DNA of 64,000 bases, from the NCBI GenBank assembly GCA_017880775.1, contig JADGRQ010000005.1, positions 6,094 through 70,093 on the forward strand. The letters run 5' to 3'. Origin of the DNA: Burkholderiales bacterium. Lineage in GTDB: Bacteria; Pseudomonadota; Gammaproteobacteria; Burkholderiales; SG8-39. The position numbers and the translations under genes are program-made. This document shows positions 35,870 to 45,095 of this stretch, in pieces (the stretch's first letter is position 1; each line of letters opens with the position of its first letter). The notes beneath the pieces are model-generated. The model did not search any database. It worked only from the letters and a program-made list of their open reading frames with translations, and was not told where the DNA came from.

Positions 35870-36430
35870 TCAGGCCTTCACGCGGCTGCGGTACTCCCCG
35901 GTGCGCGTGTCTATCTCGATCATGTCGCCGGTGCCGCAGAACAGGGGCACCTTCACCTCGAAGCCGGTCTTCAGCTTCGCCGGCTTGAGAACCTTGCCCG
36001 AAGTATCGCCGCGCACCGCGGGTTCGGTGTGGACGATCTGGCGCACAACGGACTGTGGGATGTCCACCGAGATCGGCCGCTCCTCGTAGAGCGTCACCTC
36101 GGCCGGCATGCCCTCTTCGAGGTAATTGAGCGCTTCGCCCATGCCTTCCGCATCCACCTCGTACTGGTTGAACTCCTCGTCCATGAACACATACGAAGGC
36201 TCGGCGAAATATGAGTAGGTGACGTCCTTGCGCTCGAGCATCACCAACTCGAACTTTTCGTCCGCGCGGTAGACCGTTTCGGTCGCGGCGCCCGAGAGCA
36301 GGTTCTTGAGTTTCATCTTGACCACGGACGCGTTGCGGCCGGACTTGCTGAATTCGGCCCTCTGCACCACCAGCGGATTCTTGCCGACCATGATCACGTT
36401 GCCCGAGCGAATTTCCTGTGCGATCTTCAT
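35870..36430 (-). CDS. efp: Elongation factor P (Arg32 type)
   Basis: 186 aa. The loop is SKSGRNAS with Arg at position 32 rather than Lys34. Lies immediately downstream of earP. Confidence 0.96.
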   Translation of the reverse strand: MKIAQEIRSGNVIMVGKNPLVVQRAEFSKSGRNASVVKMKLKNLLSGAATETVYRADEKFELVMLERKDVTYSYFAEPSYVFMDEEFNQYEVDAEGMGEALNYLEEGMPAEVTLYEERPISVDIPQSVVRQIVHTEPAVRGDTSGKVLKPAKLKTGFEVKVPLFCGTGDMIEIDTRTGEYRSRVKA

Positions 36431-36462
36431 GTGCGTTCCAATTTCTGCGTGAACAAAACCGC

Positions 36463-37617
36463 TTATTTTAATCTCTCTTCGCAGAAATGCGCCAGATTTG
36501 CGGCAAGATCGCCGGGCAAGGCCAACGTTGCCGCCCAGCCGCGCGCATGCTGGCGAAGCCTGTCCTGGTGCCCGTTCAGGCTCTCCCAGGCTGCGCGCAT
36601 CAGCCCCGCGGGCGCAGCAGGGTCATTCCACCCGTGCCAGAGCGCGCGCAGCGCAGCCTCCGTCGGGGGCTCGAGGCCCTCACAGTAGATCTCGAGGAAG
36701 GCCTCCAGCTTGACCCGATGGGCGCGCTCCTGCTGGGGATAGATATGCCACACGAATGGCCGCAGAGCCCACTGCGCGCGCACGAAAGAATCCTCTCCGC
36801 GAACGAAATTCCAGTCGCAGGCCCATAGCAGCTCGTCGTAGCGCGGCTGCGGCAAGAATGGCACCCAACGGGCTTCGAGGCTGCCTCGCCTCAGCGTCGA
36901 GCCATCATCGGGGTCGGCCACGCCGAAAAACGCGCTTGCCTGGGGCCTCAGGCTGCTCCGGGGCACGGCGGCGACCACCTGCCGAGGGCTGAGCGCCCAT
37001 ACGTGCATGAGTTCTGCCACGGCCGGATTTTCATAGCCGAACAGCGATACGGCGATCGACCCCTGGTCCGGGGGAGCAAACCCGAGATCCCGCCAGAACG
37101 CGGCTTGCCGCCCCCGGTCGCGCTGGAAGGCATCGCGCCGCGGCTCGAGCGACGCTTCCTTCAATACGCCGCCGGTTCCCGGCACCACGCCCGGAAAGAA
37201 GAAATGGCGCGCTATCGGCAGGCGGGGATGCGGAGACGGCAGGCCATGGTGTCCGACGACCCACAGCTCGGCGCTCAAGTACTCGAGGACGATCCACAAA
37301 GACGGCGGGTCGCGCCGCGCCATCGCAGCGACATAAGCATCCGGCAGGCCGCCGCCGAAAGCATCCACTGCAATGTCCGCCGGCAGGCCGATATCGGACG
37401 CAGCGGACCAATGGCGGATGTCAACCCCGGCGACGGATTGCGCCTCTCGGTCGCGAACCACCTCGGGAAACAACGCGTGCAAGGCATCCAGAGCGTCGAT
37501 CCAGAGCCGCACCCGGGCGCCATGTTCTGCGGCAAGTTGCCGCGCCAGCCGCCAGCACACCGCTGCATCGCCGTAGTTGTCGATCACCCTGCAAAACACG
37601 TCCCACGACCGGGACAT
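36463..37617 (-). CDS. earP: EF-P arginine-32 rhamnosyltransferase EarP (DUF2331 family)
   Basis: 384 aa from ATG 37617. The N-terminus [24 protein letters not shown] is characteristic of EarP. Lies adjacent to an R32-type efp. Confidence 0.8.
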   Translation of the reverse strand: MSRSWDVFCRVIDNYGDAAVCWRLARQLAAEHGARVRLWIDALDALHALFPEVVRDREAQSVAGVDIRHWSAASDIGLPADIAVDAFGGGLPDAYVAAMARRDPPSLWIVLEYLSAELWVVGHHGLPSPHPRLPIARHFFFPGVVPGTGGVLKEASLEPRRDAFQRDRGRQAAFWRDLGFAPPDQGSIAVSLFGYENPAVAELMHVWALSPRQVVAAVPRSSLRPQASAFFGVADPDDGSTLRRGSLEARWVPFLPQPRYDELLWACDWNFVRGEDSFVRAQWALRPFVWHIYPQQERAHRVKLEAFLEIYCEGLEPPTEAALRALWHGWNDPAAPAGLMRAAWESLNGHQDRLRQHARGWAATLALPGDLAANLAHFCEERLK

Positions 37618-37624
37618 GGCCGAC

Positions 37625-38983
37625 TTACGGTTCTTCGCCAGGCGTGGCGGCTGCAAGGCGCTGCTGAAGCCTCTCGATCCGCTTCACCAGCAGGCGCAGG
37701 AAGGACTGGTTGTACTGCACCTGGCACGCAGGCGATGCCCGCGCCAGTGCGCTCGCCTTGATCTCCATTAAAAGCACGGCCGTCGTGGCGGAAATGGTGG
37801 TGGTCCGCGGGGTGCTGCGGTCCTCGAAATAGAGGATCTCGCCGAAGCAGTGGCCGGGCAGGAGCGTTTCGATCGGATAGCCCGCGCGGCTGACGAGTAC
37901 TTCGCCCGACGTGAGAACGAAAAAACCGTCGCCGGCGTCTCCTTCGCGAACCACGATCGCGCCCACGGGCAGGCGATGCCATTGTCCGATGCGCAGCGTT
38001 TCCCAGATCTCTACATCGCCGAAACCACGGAAGAACGGCCACGGACGGAGCGCGCTGAACCTCGCCGTATCGGACAGATCCTGGTCCGGAACATGCAAGT
38101 GCTCGAACAACTGCTCGAGATCGCGCGCGAATTCGTACCAATCGGCGTAACGCTCCTCGCGGCTCTTCGCGAGCGCGCGCAGCACGATGCGGTCGAGCCC
38201 GGCGGGCAGGCCTGGCCGGTGCAGCGAGGGCGGCACCGGATCCATGACGAGGATCTGATACAAAAGGCTTTCGCGAGTCGATGCGTGAAACGGCAGCTTC
38301 CCCGTCAGCAGCTGGTACAGAACCACGCCCAGCGAGTAAATGTCGGTCTGGTGGTTGAGCCGCTTGTCCTCCACCTGCTCCGGCGACATGTAGGCGGGAG
38401 AGCCGATCCCCATCAGGTAGGTGTGTGTCGCTGCCGTGTAGTGGGCAGCCCCGAAATCGCTGATCTTCAGTTCGGTTTCCCGGGCGAGCAGCAGGTTGCC
38501 CGGTTTGATGTCGCAGTGGATGACGCCCTGGTGCTGCGCGTAAGCGAGAGCGAGGCCCGCCTTGAACACGAGTTCGACCACGCGATCGATCGGCAGCAGC
38601 GCATCGAAGCTGCAATGCTTCTCGAGCGTCGTGCCGTCGACGTACTCCATGACGAGGTAGCTCTGGTCCGCGTCGCTGACCGCGTCGAGGATCGCCACGA
38701 TGTGGGGATGCTTGAGCTTGCCCGTGAGTGCAGCTTCGTTCAGGAACAGGCTGTGAAAACGCCGGCGCAGCTCCGCATCGCCCGTCGGATCTCTCTGGAT
38801 GACCTTGATCGCCACGTTACGGCCCGAAAACGGGTCCACCGCCAGATACACCCGGCTGGTCGAACCGCGGCCCAAGGCGCGGATCACCGGGTATTTGCCG
38901 ATCCTCTCTGGCAGCACGTCGCTCATCGGTTCAAAGTGTCTCCGAATGTGTAGGATATGCGCAATTCCCGTTTCGTCAGTCAT
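37625..38983 (-). CDS. Hanks-type Ser/Thr protein kinase fused to a C-terminal cyclic-nucleotide-binding (CAP-ED) domain
   Basis: 452 aa from ATG 38983 (alternative ATG 38926). Kinase motifs: GRGSTSRVY, VAIKVI, HCDIKPGNLLL, DFG, SPAYMSPE. cNMP domain: FFVLTSGEV...CFGEILYFEDRSTPRTTTISA. The upstream 714 codons of the track ORF are the antisense shadow of the DUF349 gene. Confidence 0.85.
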   Translation of the reverse strand: MTDETGIAHILHIRRHFEPMSDVLPERIGKYPVIRALGRGSTSRVYLAVDPFSGRNVAIKVIQRDPTGDAELRRRFHSLFLNEAALTGKLKHPHIVAILDAVSDADQSYLVMEYVDGTTLEKHCSFDALLPIDRVVELVFKAGLALAYAQHQGVIHCDIKPGNLLLARETELKISDFGAAHYTAATHTYLMGIGSPAYMSPEQVEDKRLNHQTDIYSLGVVLYQLLTGKLPFHASTRESLLYQILVMDPVPPSLHRPGLPAGLDRIVLRALAKSREERYADWYEFARDLEQLFEHLHVPDQDLSDTARFSALRPWPFFRGFGDVEIWETLRIGQWHRLPVGAIVVREGDAGDGFFVLTSGEVLVSRAGYPIETLLPGHCFGEILYFEDRSTPRTTTISATTAVLLMEIKASALARASPACQVQYNQSFLRLLVKRIERLQQRLAAATPGEEP

Positions 38984-39145
38984 GTGACGATGTTCACAGG
39001 CCGTTGAGCTGGCCCCCGGCTCGTCTTCCGGCGTTGCCGCGCCACACGGCCGTTCGCGCGGCGTCCGCTTCGCGACTGTGCTACGTTTGCGGGGTGCGGG
39101 CTTCGACCTGGAGACCGTGGTTGTGCAATACGGAGTGAAGAATCG

Positions 39146-41467
39146 ATGAGCTGGCTGCGCAACATGCGCGGCAAGGCCGGCAGCGAAGCGCGCGAACACC
39201 AGGCGGCGGCCGCACGGCCGTCCTCCAAGGCCATTTCGATGCCAGCAGTTGATTGGAGCGGGCTGCGGGAGTCTATTCCCGCAGCCCCATCCGCCGGGGA
39301 GCGCGCGCAGCGCGAGCGCGAACTGGGGCGAGCCTGCGCCGCTCATCGGCAATCGCCGTTGCCCGGAGACGCGCCCGGCGTGTGGACGGAGGCGGTGTGC
39401 TACGCCAACGACAAAGCTGCGGCGACGCAATGGGCCGCCCGGCTGGAGGGCGATGCTTCGCTCGCCGAGGCGGCGGCGCGCTGCCGCTTCGCGGAAGTCC
39501 GTCTCGCCGCAGTGCGACGCATCTCCGACCTCGCGGTACTCAAGCAGCTCGCGGATTCGAGCCGCGAGAAAGACAAGCATGTCTATCGGCACTGCACGGA
39601 TGCGCTCCGTGCGCACCGGCAGAGCGGTGAACGCGCGCGCCGCGCGGCGCAACTCGCGCTCGACCTGCGAGCGCTGCTCGACGCACGACCGGTGGCCGTG
39701 TCGCGCCTGCTGCAGATCGAGAAGGAATTCGCGGTCCTTGGCGAAGACAAGCAGGGACTCGCCGAGTGCGCCGATCTCGTCGCGCAGGCGCAGGCCTGCG
39801 TGCTCGCGGAAACGCGCGCCCAGATCGGGCTGCGTGCCCGTCTCGCCGCGGCCGAGGCGCTGCGTTCGGACGTCGCCGGCGCCGAATCGCCGTCGCGCAT
39901 GAATCTCGAGGCCTGGCGGAGGCGGTACACCGACATCGCCGAGGAAGCGGCTGGCGCTCCTGCATGGCTGGCGAAATTTCCGGCAACGCGCGAATTGGCG
40001 CACGCGCTGCGTGATATCGAATCGCGCCTGGCGGCGCTTGTCCAGGACCTCGAGCGGGCGACGGAACGCGAAAAGGTACTCGCAAGCCTGCCTCCGGTCG
40101 AACAACCGGCGCCGAAGACCCCGAAGCCAGCGACGCGGGAGGTCGATCACGCAGGCGTACAGCGCTCGCTCGACGAACTCGAACGGCATCTGGAGGACGG
40201 CAGGCTCGCGGACGCGGACGGCGTCGCGAGCCGCATCGAGCAGGCAATAGACGGCGCCGCACCGAGAGGGCCGCTTGCGCGGCGCTGGCAGCGCGCGCGG
40301 GCGCAACTGATGCGGCTGCACGGCTGGGCGCGCTGGGGGACGGACCAGGCGCGCGAACATCTGATCGCCGACGCGCAAGCGCTGCTGCACAGCGCGCCGG
40401 GCATCGACGAGCGCGCCAGTGCCGTTCCGGCGCTGCACAAGGAATGGAAGCGCCTCGATGCGCATGGTCCGGCTGCAAAGCCCTTGTGGGAGCGCTTCGA
40501 CAAGGCCCTCGAAGAGGCCTATCGGCCGGTGCGGGAACTGCGCACGGCCGAGGCGCTGCGGCACGAGGCGGCACGCGCCGCGAAAGCGGCGCTGTGTGAC
40601 GCCTGGGAAGCGTGGCTTGCAGAGTTTTCCGTGGCACCCCCCGACTACCGGGCGCTGGCGGCGAAACGCGACGAGATCACCGCGAAGTGGCGCGCCGGCG
40701 CGATGGCGGGTTTTCGCGACGAGCGGAAGTTGCGCAAGCGGCTGGACGCGCTGCTCAAGCGTATCGATGTGCAGGTGGAGGAAGCGCAAGCGAAGGAGAT
40801 CGCGCGCCGCGAGCAACTGCTTGCCGCAGCCGAGGGCCTGCGCGATGCCCCGGATATTGCCCGGGCCGTGAACGAGGCCAAGTCCCTGCAGTCGCGCTGG
40901 AAGGACGAGGCCGGCGTCGTGCGGCTGCGCCACGGCGCGGAGCAGACGCTGTGGCAGCGCTTCCGCGCCGCGTGCGATGCGGTCTTTGCCCGCCGCGATG
41001 CGGAGCGAACTGCACAGGCGGCACAGCGCGAGCAGCGCATGCAGGCCCTCCAGGATGAGAAGCGGGCTCGCGATCTCAAGCGGCGGGAAGAGCAGGAAAT
41101 CGAGTTGCTGCGCAAGGCCAGGCACGCAAACCGTTTCGCACTGATGGCCGAGAAGGCGGCGCGCGCCGACCCCTCAGTCAACCCCTCGGTCGCGGCCGTG
41201 GCGCTCGAGCAAGGCCGCGCCAGGCGCGCGGCACTGCTCATCGACCTGGAAATCGCGCTCGAGCTGCCCACGCCTGAGACAGATGCAGCCGCGCGCCGCG
41301 CGCGCTCCCTCGTCCGGCTGCAGGACCGCTTCCGCGGAAACAGCACCGCGCCCCAGGATCCGGAGGCGATGGTCGCGCAGTGGTACGCGGTTGCGGCGAT
41401 GCCCGATGCGGAGCAGACGATGCGCATGGCGGCCATAGTGCAGCGGCTGCTCGAGCGGACGCGCTGA
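39146..41467 (+). CDS. DUF349 domain-containing protein (repetitive helical protein)
   Basis: 773 aa with a GGAG RBS. The DUF349-type motif recurs (HKEWKRLDAHGPAAKPLWERFDKALEEAY; QSRWKDEAGVVRLRHGAEQTLWQRFRAACDAVF). Confidence 0.7.
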   Translation: MSWLRNMRGKAGSEAREHQAAAARPSSKAISMPAVDWSGLRESIPAAPSAGERAQRERELGRACAAHRQSPLPGDAPGVWTEAVCYANDKAAATQWAARLEGDASLAEAAARCRFAEVRLAAVRRISDLAVLKQLADSSREKDKHVYRHCTDALRAHRQSGERARRAAQLALDLRALLDARPVAVSRLLQIEKEFAVLGEDKQGLAECADLVAQAQACVLAETRAQIGLRARLAAAEALRSDVAGAESPSRMNLEAWRRRYTDIAEEAAGAPAWLAKFPATRELAHALRDIESRLAALVQDLERATEREKVLASLPPVEQPAPKTPKPATREVDHAGVQRSLDELERHLEDGRLADADGVASRIEQAIDGAAPRGPLARRWQRARAQLMRLHGWARWGTDQAREHLIADAQALLHSAPGIDERASAVPALHKEWKRLDAHGPAAKPLWERFDKALEEAYRPVRELRTAEALRHEAARAAKAALCDAWEAWLAEFSVAPPDYRALAAKRDEITAKWRAGAMAGFRDERKLRKRLDALLKRIDVQVEEAQAKEIARREQLLAAAEGLRDAPDIARAVNEAKSLQSRWKDEAGVVRLRHGAEQTLWQRFRAACDAVFARRDAERTAQAAQREQRMQALQDEKRARDLKRREEQEIELLRKARHANRFALMAEKAARADPSVNPSVAAVALEQGRARRAALLIDLEIALELPTPETDAAARRARSLVRLQDRFRGNSTAPQDPEAMVAQWYAVAAMPDAEQTMRMAAIVQRLLERTR

Positions 41468-41484
41468 TCGCCTATCATTCCGCT

Positions 41485-42330
41485 ATGTCCATGCCAGCAT
41501 ACGCGCGCCCTGCCCGCCTCGAGGACGCCTTGCAGGTGCTGAAGCGTGGCAATACGACGATCCTCGCCGGTGGCACGGATTACTACCCCGCTCACGCAGA
41601 CAAGCCGCTGCGCGAAGACATCCTCGATATTTCCGCAATCCGCGGCCTGCGCGGCATCTCGGACGGCCGGGACCACTGGCGCATCGGCGCAACCACGACC
41701 TGGACCGACCTGATCGAAGCGAAACTCCCGCCGCTGTTCGACGCGCTCAGGCTCGCGGCACGCGAAGTCGGCGGCGTGCAGATACAGAACCGCGGCACGG
41801 TCGCGGGCAACCTGTGCAATGCCTCGCCCGCGGCCGACGGGATCCCTCCCCTGCTTGCCCTTGACGCGCAAGTGGAGATTGCGAGCGACGCCGGAAGCCG
41901 CCTAATCGCCCTCGAGCAGTTTGTCGTCGGCAACCGGCGCACCGTTCTCGGATCCGGGGAGTTGGCGACCGCCGTGATCGTGCCAAAGCCGAAGTGCAAT
42001 GCCCGCAGCCACTTCCTGAAGCTTGGAACGCGCAAATACCTCGTCATCTCGATCGTGATGGTGGCGGCGACCATCGAGCACGCGGGCGGCAAGGTGCGCG
42101 CCGCACGCATCGCGGTCGGCGCCTGCTCTCCGGTGGCGCGGCGGCTGAAGAAATTGGAGGCCGCTCTCGTCGGCGAACAACTGGATGCCGCTCTCGGTGC
42201 CAAGGCGCTCGCATCGCACCTCCAGCCGCTCTCGCCGATCGACGATGTGCGCGCGAGCCGCGGCTATCGCACCGAAGCCGCGCTCGCACTGGTGAGGCGC
42301 ACCCTCGATCAGCTTGGGGCGATCACGTGA
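41485..42330 (+). CDS. Xanthine dehydrogenase-family FAD-binding (medium, CoxM-like) subunit
   Basis: 281 aa from ATG 41485. ILAGGTDYYP and NRGTVAGNLCNASPAADG FAD-binding motifs. Confidence 0.85.
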   Translation: MSMPAYARPARLEDALQVLKRGNTTILAGGTDYYPAHADKPLREDILDISAIRGLRGISDGRDHWRIGATTTWTDLIEAKLPPLFDALRLAAREVGGVQIQNRGTVAGNLCNASPAADGIPPLLALDAQVEIASDAGSRLIALEQFVVGNRRTVLGSGELATAVIVPKPKCNARSHFLKLGTRKYLVISIVMVAATIEHAGGKVRAARIAVGACSPVARRLKKLEAALVGEQLDAALGAKALASHLQPLSPIDDVRASRGYRTEAALALVRRTLDQLGAIT

Positions 42331-45095
42331 GCCGGCCGCCCGTTGGTTTCAAGGTCAACGGCAAACGCATGCGCTTCAATGGCGCACCCATGGCGCGCCT
42401 GTCCGACGTGTTGCGGGACGAACTCGGGTTGACGGGCACCAAGATCGGTTGCAACGCGGGCGACTGCGGCGCGTGCACGGTGCTGCTCGATGGCCGGCAG
42501 GTCTGCGCCTGCCTCACGCCGGTCGGCCAGGTCGAAGGCCGCGAAGTGCTGACCGTGGAAGGTCTCGCGCGCGACGGCAAACTCTCCGCGCTGCAAGTCT
42601 CGTTTCAGAAGCACGGCGCCGCGCAATGCGGCATCTGCACGCCTGGCGCGCTGATGGCCGCCACTGACCTGCTCGCCCGCGTGCGCCGGCCGAACGCGGA
42701 CCAGGTGAAGGAGGCGCTCGGCGGAGTGCTGTGCCGCTGCACCGGCTACCAGAAGATCATCGAGGCCGTCATGGATGCCGCCGGCTCGCCCGCGATTCCT
42801 CGAGCACCGGCCGCGGAAGGGGCCATCGGTGCGCGCGTTCCGAAGATCGATGGCATCGCCAAGCTCACGGGTGCGGAGCGCTTCGGTGCGGACGCGATTC
42901 CGAAACAGGCGCTGTGGCTGCGCGTCGTGCGCTCCCCTCATCATCGCGCCCGCTTCACGATCGGCGACCTGGACGATGTCCTGCGGCACGCCCCGGGCCT
43001 GGCGCGGATCCTGTCCGCGCGGGACGTGCCCTCCAACGGCTTTGGCATTTATCCGAGCGTCAAGGACCAGCCAGTGCTCGCGGACGGGGAGGCGCGTTTT
43101 CGCGGCGAGGCAGTGCTTGCGCTGGTCGGAACGCGCGAGGCGGTCGAGGGACTTGACGATGCCGGCCTGCGGATCGAATACCAACCGCTGCCGCCGGTGA
43201 TGGGTCTCGATGCCGCAATGGCCCCCGGCGCGCCGCTGGTGCAGCCGGCGAAGCCCGGCAACCTGCTGCAGGACGGCGGCGTGCGCAAAGGCGATGCAGC
43301 GGCGCAGTTCGCGCATTGCGCAGCGCTCGCCGAAGGCTGCTTCGAAACCGCGTTCGTCGAGCACGCCTATGTCGAGCCCGAGGCCGGGTGGGCGGAACGC
43401 AAGGGCGACCGGATCGAAATCCACGTCACCACGCAGACGCCCTACATGGATCGCGACGAAGTGGCCGTGGTGATGAAGCTCGCGCCTGAGCAAGTGCGCA
43501 TCGTGCCGACTGCGTGCGGTGGCGGCTTCGGCGGAAAACTCGATCTGTCGGTGCAGCCGCTCATCGCGCTTGCCGCGTGGCTGACGCATAAACCCGTCGC
43601 CTGCATTTACACGCGCACGGAAAGCATGGCTTCGACCACCAAGCGGCATCCGTCGCGTATCCACGCGAAGTTCGGCTGCGATGCGCTCGGGCGACTCCTC
43701 GCCTGCGAAGTCGACGCGGATTTCGATACTGGCGCGTACGCGAGTTGGGGTCCTACGGTGGCGACGCGCGTTCCGATCCACGCGACCGGGCCCTATTCGG
43801 TGCCGCACGTCCGGACGCGAGGACGCGGATTTTTCACGCATTGCCATCCTTCCGGCGCGTTTCGCGGCTTCGGCGTTCCGCAGGGAGCGATCGCTCATGA
43901 GGCGATGATGGACGAACTCGCCGACCGGCTCGGCATCGACCGGTTGGAAATGCGCCGCCGCAATGCGCTGAAAGCGGGCGACCGGACCGCGACCGGCCAG
44001 TTGCTCGAGCATTCCGCGGGGCTGCTCGACTGCCTCGATGCGCTGCAGCCGCACTGGACGAGGATGAATGCCGAGTGCGCGCGGTTCAACCAGCAGGCAG
44101 CGCGCGCCGGCGACGCCTTGCGCCGAGGCGCGGGCATCGGCTGCATGTGGTACGGCATAGGCAATACATCGCTGTCGAACCCCTCGATCATTCGGGTGGG
44201 GCTTTCGCGTACCGGAAAAATCACGCTCTACAACGGCGCCGTGGACATCGGCCAGGGATCCAATACCATCCTCAGCCAGATCGCCGCCGACGCGCTCGGC
44301 CTGCCGATGAGCGATTTTCTGGTCGTGATGGGCGATACGGACCGGACTGCGGACGCCGGCAAGACATCGGCGTCGCGGCAGACTTTCGTGTCCGGAAATG
44401 CGGCAGAGTTTGCAGGCACGGACCTGCGCAGGAAAATCTTCCTCGCCGCCGGAGCGCCAGAAGGCGAGTGGCGCGACCGGCGCTACCGGCTTTCCGCTGA
44501 GCGCGGCGCGGTGGTGTTCCGCAAGGATGGCATCACCCATCGCCTCGAACTCGGCGCGCTTCCCGGTGACACCGACCGCGACGCGCTCACTGGCACGGGG
44601 ACCTTCGATCCACCGACCACGCCCTCCGATCAAGACGGCCAGGGCGTGCCCTACGCGACCTACGCGTTTGCCGCGCAAGTCGCACAGGTGGAAGTCGATC
44701 TGCAACTGGGCACAACGCGCGTGCTGCGGCTCGTCGCGGCGCATGACGTCGGTCGCGCCATCAACCCGATCCAGGTCGAGGGACAAATCCAGGGCGGCAC
44801 CGTCCAGGGCCTCGGCCTCGCGCTGATGGAAGAATATGTTCCGGGCAGGACCGAAAACCTGCACGATTACCTGATTCCCACCATCGGCGACGTTCCGCAT
44901 ATGGAGTGCATCCTCATCGAAGATGCGGAGCCGCTCGGCCCGTCCGGCGCGAAGGGCGTGGGCGAGCCGGGGTTGATTCCGACTGCGCCGGCGATCCTGG
45001 GCGCGATCCATGCGGCCACCGGCGTGCGCATGCGGCAGGTGCCGGTGCTGCCGCACCGCCTGCTCGCAGAGCTGCGAAAACATGCGCGACCCTGA
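42327..45095 (+). CDS. Fused [2Fe-2S] (CoxS-like) and molybdopterin-binding (CoxL-like) subunit of a xanthine dehydrogenase-family hydroxylase
   Basis: 922 aa from GTG 42327 (GTGA overlap). Ferredoxin CNAGDCGACTV...C and a second cluster CGICTPG...CRCTGY, followed by the a/b-hammerhead and Moco domains (GGGFGGK, GVGEPG). Confidence 0.88.
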   Translation: MSRPPVGFKVNGKRMRFNGAPMARLSDVLRDELGLTGTKIGCNAGDCGACTVLLDGRQVCACLTPVGQVEGREVLTVEGLARDGKLSALQVSFQKHGAAQCGICTPGALMAATDLLARVRRPNADQVKEALGGVLCRCTGYQKIIEAVMDAAGSPAIPRAPAAEGAIGARVPKIDGIAKLTGAERFGADAIPKQALWLRVVRSPHHRARFTIGDLDDVLRHAPGLARILSARDVPSNGFGIYPSVKDQPVLADGEARFRGEAVLALVGTREAVEGLDDAGLRIEYQPLPPVMGLDAAMAPGAPLVQPAKPGNLLQDGGVRKGDAAAQFAHCAALAEGCFETAFVEHAYVEPEAGWAERKGDRIEIHVTTQTPYMDRDEVAVVMKLAPEQVRIVPTACGGGFGGKLDLSVQPLIALAAWLTHKPVACIYTRTESMASTTKRHPSRIHAKFGCDALGRLLACEVDADFDTGAYASWGPTVATRVPIHATGPYSVPHVRTRGRGFFTHCHPSGAFRGFGVPQGAIAHEAMMDELADRLGIDRLEMRRRNALKAGDRTATGQLLEHSAGLLDCLDALQPHWTRMNAECARFNQQAARAGDALRRGAGIGCMWYGIGNTSLSNPSIIRVGLSRTGKITLYNGAVDIGQGSNTILSQIAADALGLPMSDFLVVMGDTDRTADAGKTSASRQTFVSGNAAEFAGTDLRRKIFLAAGAPEGEWRDRRYRLSAERGAVVFRKDGITHRLELGALPGDTDRDALTGTGTFDPPTTPSDQDGQGVPYATYAFAAQVAQVEVDLQLGTTRVLRLVAAHDVGRAINPIQVEGQIQGGTVQGLGLALMEEYVPGRTENLHDYLIPTIGDVPHMECILIEDAEPLGPSGAKGVGEPGLIPTAPAILGAIHAATGVRMRQVPVLPHRLLAELRKHARP

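Noticed and set aside
38984-41125. Upstream two-thirds of the 1166-aa minus-strand ORF 37625..41125
   Set aside because: It has no recognisable domains and Arg/Ala/Pro-rich composition. It lies exactly antisense to a plus-strand ORF with an RBS and repeated DUF349 motifs. The kinase homology begins only at ATG 38983.
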